From contig CAZKJF010000007.1 in NCBI GenBank assembly GCA_964553025.1, positions 1 through 62,663 on the forward strand: 62,663 nt of DNA. The letters run 5' to 3'. The stretch is from an uncultured Candidatus Saccharibacteria bacterium. Its GTDB lineage: Bacteria > Patescibacteriota > Minisyncoccia > 2-02-FULL-40-12 > GWA2-44-9. How positions within the stretch are numbered: the first letter of the stretch is position 1; each line of letters opens with the position of its first letter. The notes below the pieces were generated by a model. The model did not search any database. It was not told the DNA's origin and saw only the letters and a list, made by a program, of their open reading frames with translations. The position numbers and the translations under genes were made by a program. Positions 62,486-62,663 of the stretch are shown here, piece after piece.

Positions 62486-62657
62486 GAATTAGCCGCCTCG
62501 CTTCGCTCGCTGTTCCGCAAAAAAGTTTTCTTCGCATTTTTTGATTTGGCGTGCGATTTCTTTTTCTTCTAAAAGGAAAAGAAAACTTTTTTGCGGGACT
62601 CTGCTCTCAACGAGCAGGGCGGCGGGGCTTCGCTTCGGCTCGGGCGAGGCGGAATTC
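62486..62657. repeat. composite imperfect inverted repeat (~170 bp) downstream of tRNA-Ala
   Basis: The inner 18-bp arms CCGCAAAAAAGTTTTCTT (62515-32) and AAGAAAACTTTTTTGCGG (62579-96) match perfectly. The outer arms are GAATT..CCGCCTCGC (62486-501) and GCGAGGCGGAATTC (62644-57). The window ends 6 nt later. Confidence 0.7.
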
Positions 62658-62663
62658 CCCCCC

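Overview
62.7-kb window from a small-genome bacterium of about 50% GC. The 16S 5' sequence, an IF-2 with no N-terminal extension, a full type IV pilus plus ComFC/ComM competence set and many orphan membrane or secreted proteins fit a Patescibacteria/CPR (Parcubacteria-like) lineage; this is inference only. The window opens inside the 5' end of a minus-strand 16S rRNA gene, with a near-consensus promoter at 422-449. Most of the rest is housekeeping: trmD, KH protein, leuS, tatD, metG, rsmI, recG, holA, mutM, polA, tsaE, comM, pnp, rpsO, infB, ligA, gatCA, cca and dut. There is a 13-gene type IV pilus locus (42.6-52.8 kb) and 13 tRNA genes. No CRISPR array, transposase or prophage was seen. UGA is used as a stop codon (ATGA overlaps), so the standard code applies. 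The most unusual signal is two intergenic arrays (28877-29108 and 32509-32681). They hold at least 21 exact GTSAC cores (extended GGTGACA/TGTCACC), long perfect inverted repeats and AT-rich promoter cores, and they bracket the yraN / LysM-M23 peptidase / comM block. Other points worth a second look:
- a structured, terminator-containing leader or sRNA upstream of comM;
- a well-folded tRNA-Ser with an ACU anticodon next to tRNA-Ser(GCU), and a tRNA-Arg(GCG);
- GC-rich orphan cassettes;
- a free-standing LAGLIDADG-like gene wedged between two tRNAs;
- an NYN-domain gene inserted between rpsO and pnp;
- a decayed APH(3')-like kinase gene;
- recurrent -10 boxes 6-7 nt upstream of ATG (leaderless candidates);
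- unusually long perfect hairpins.
All coordinates were counted by hand and no search tools were used, so family calls rest on recognised motifs only.
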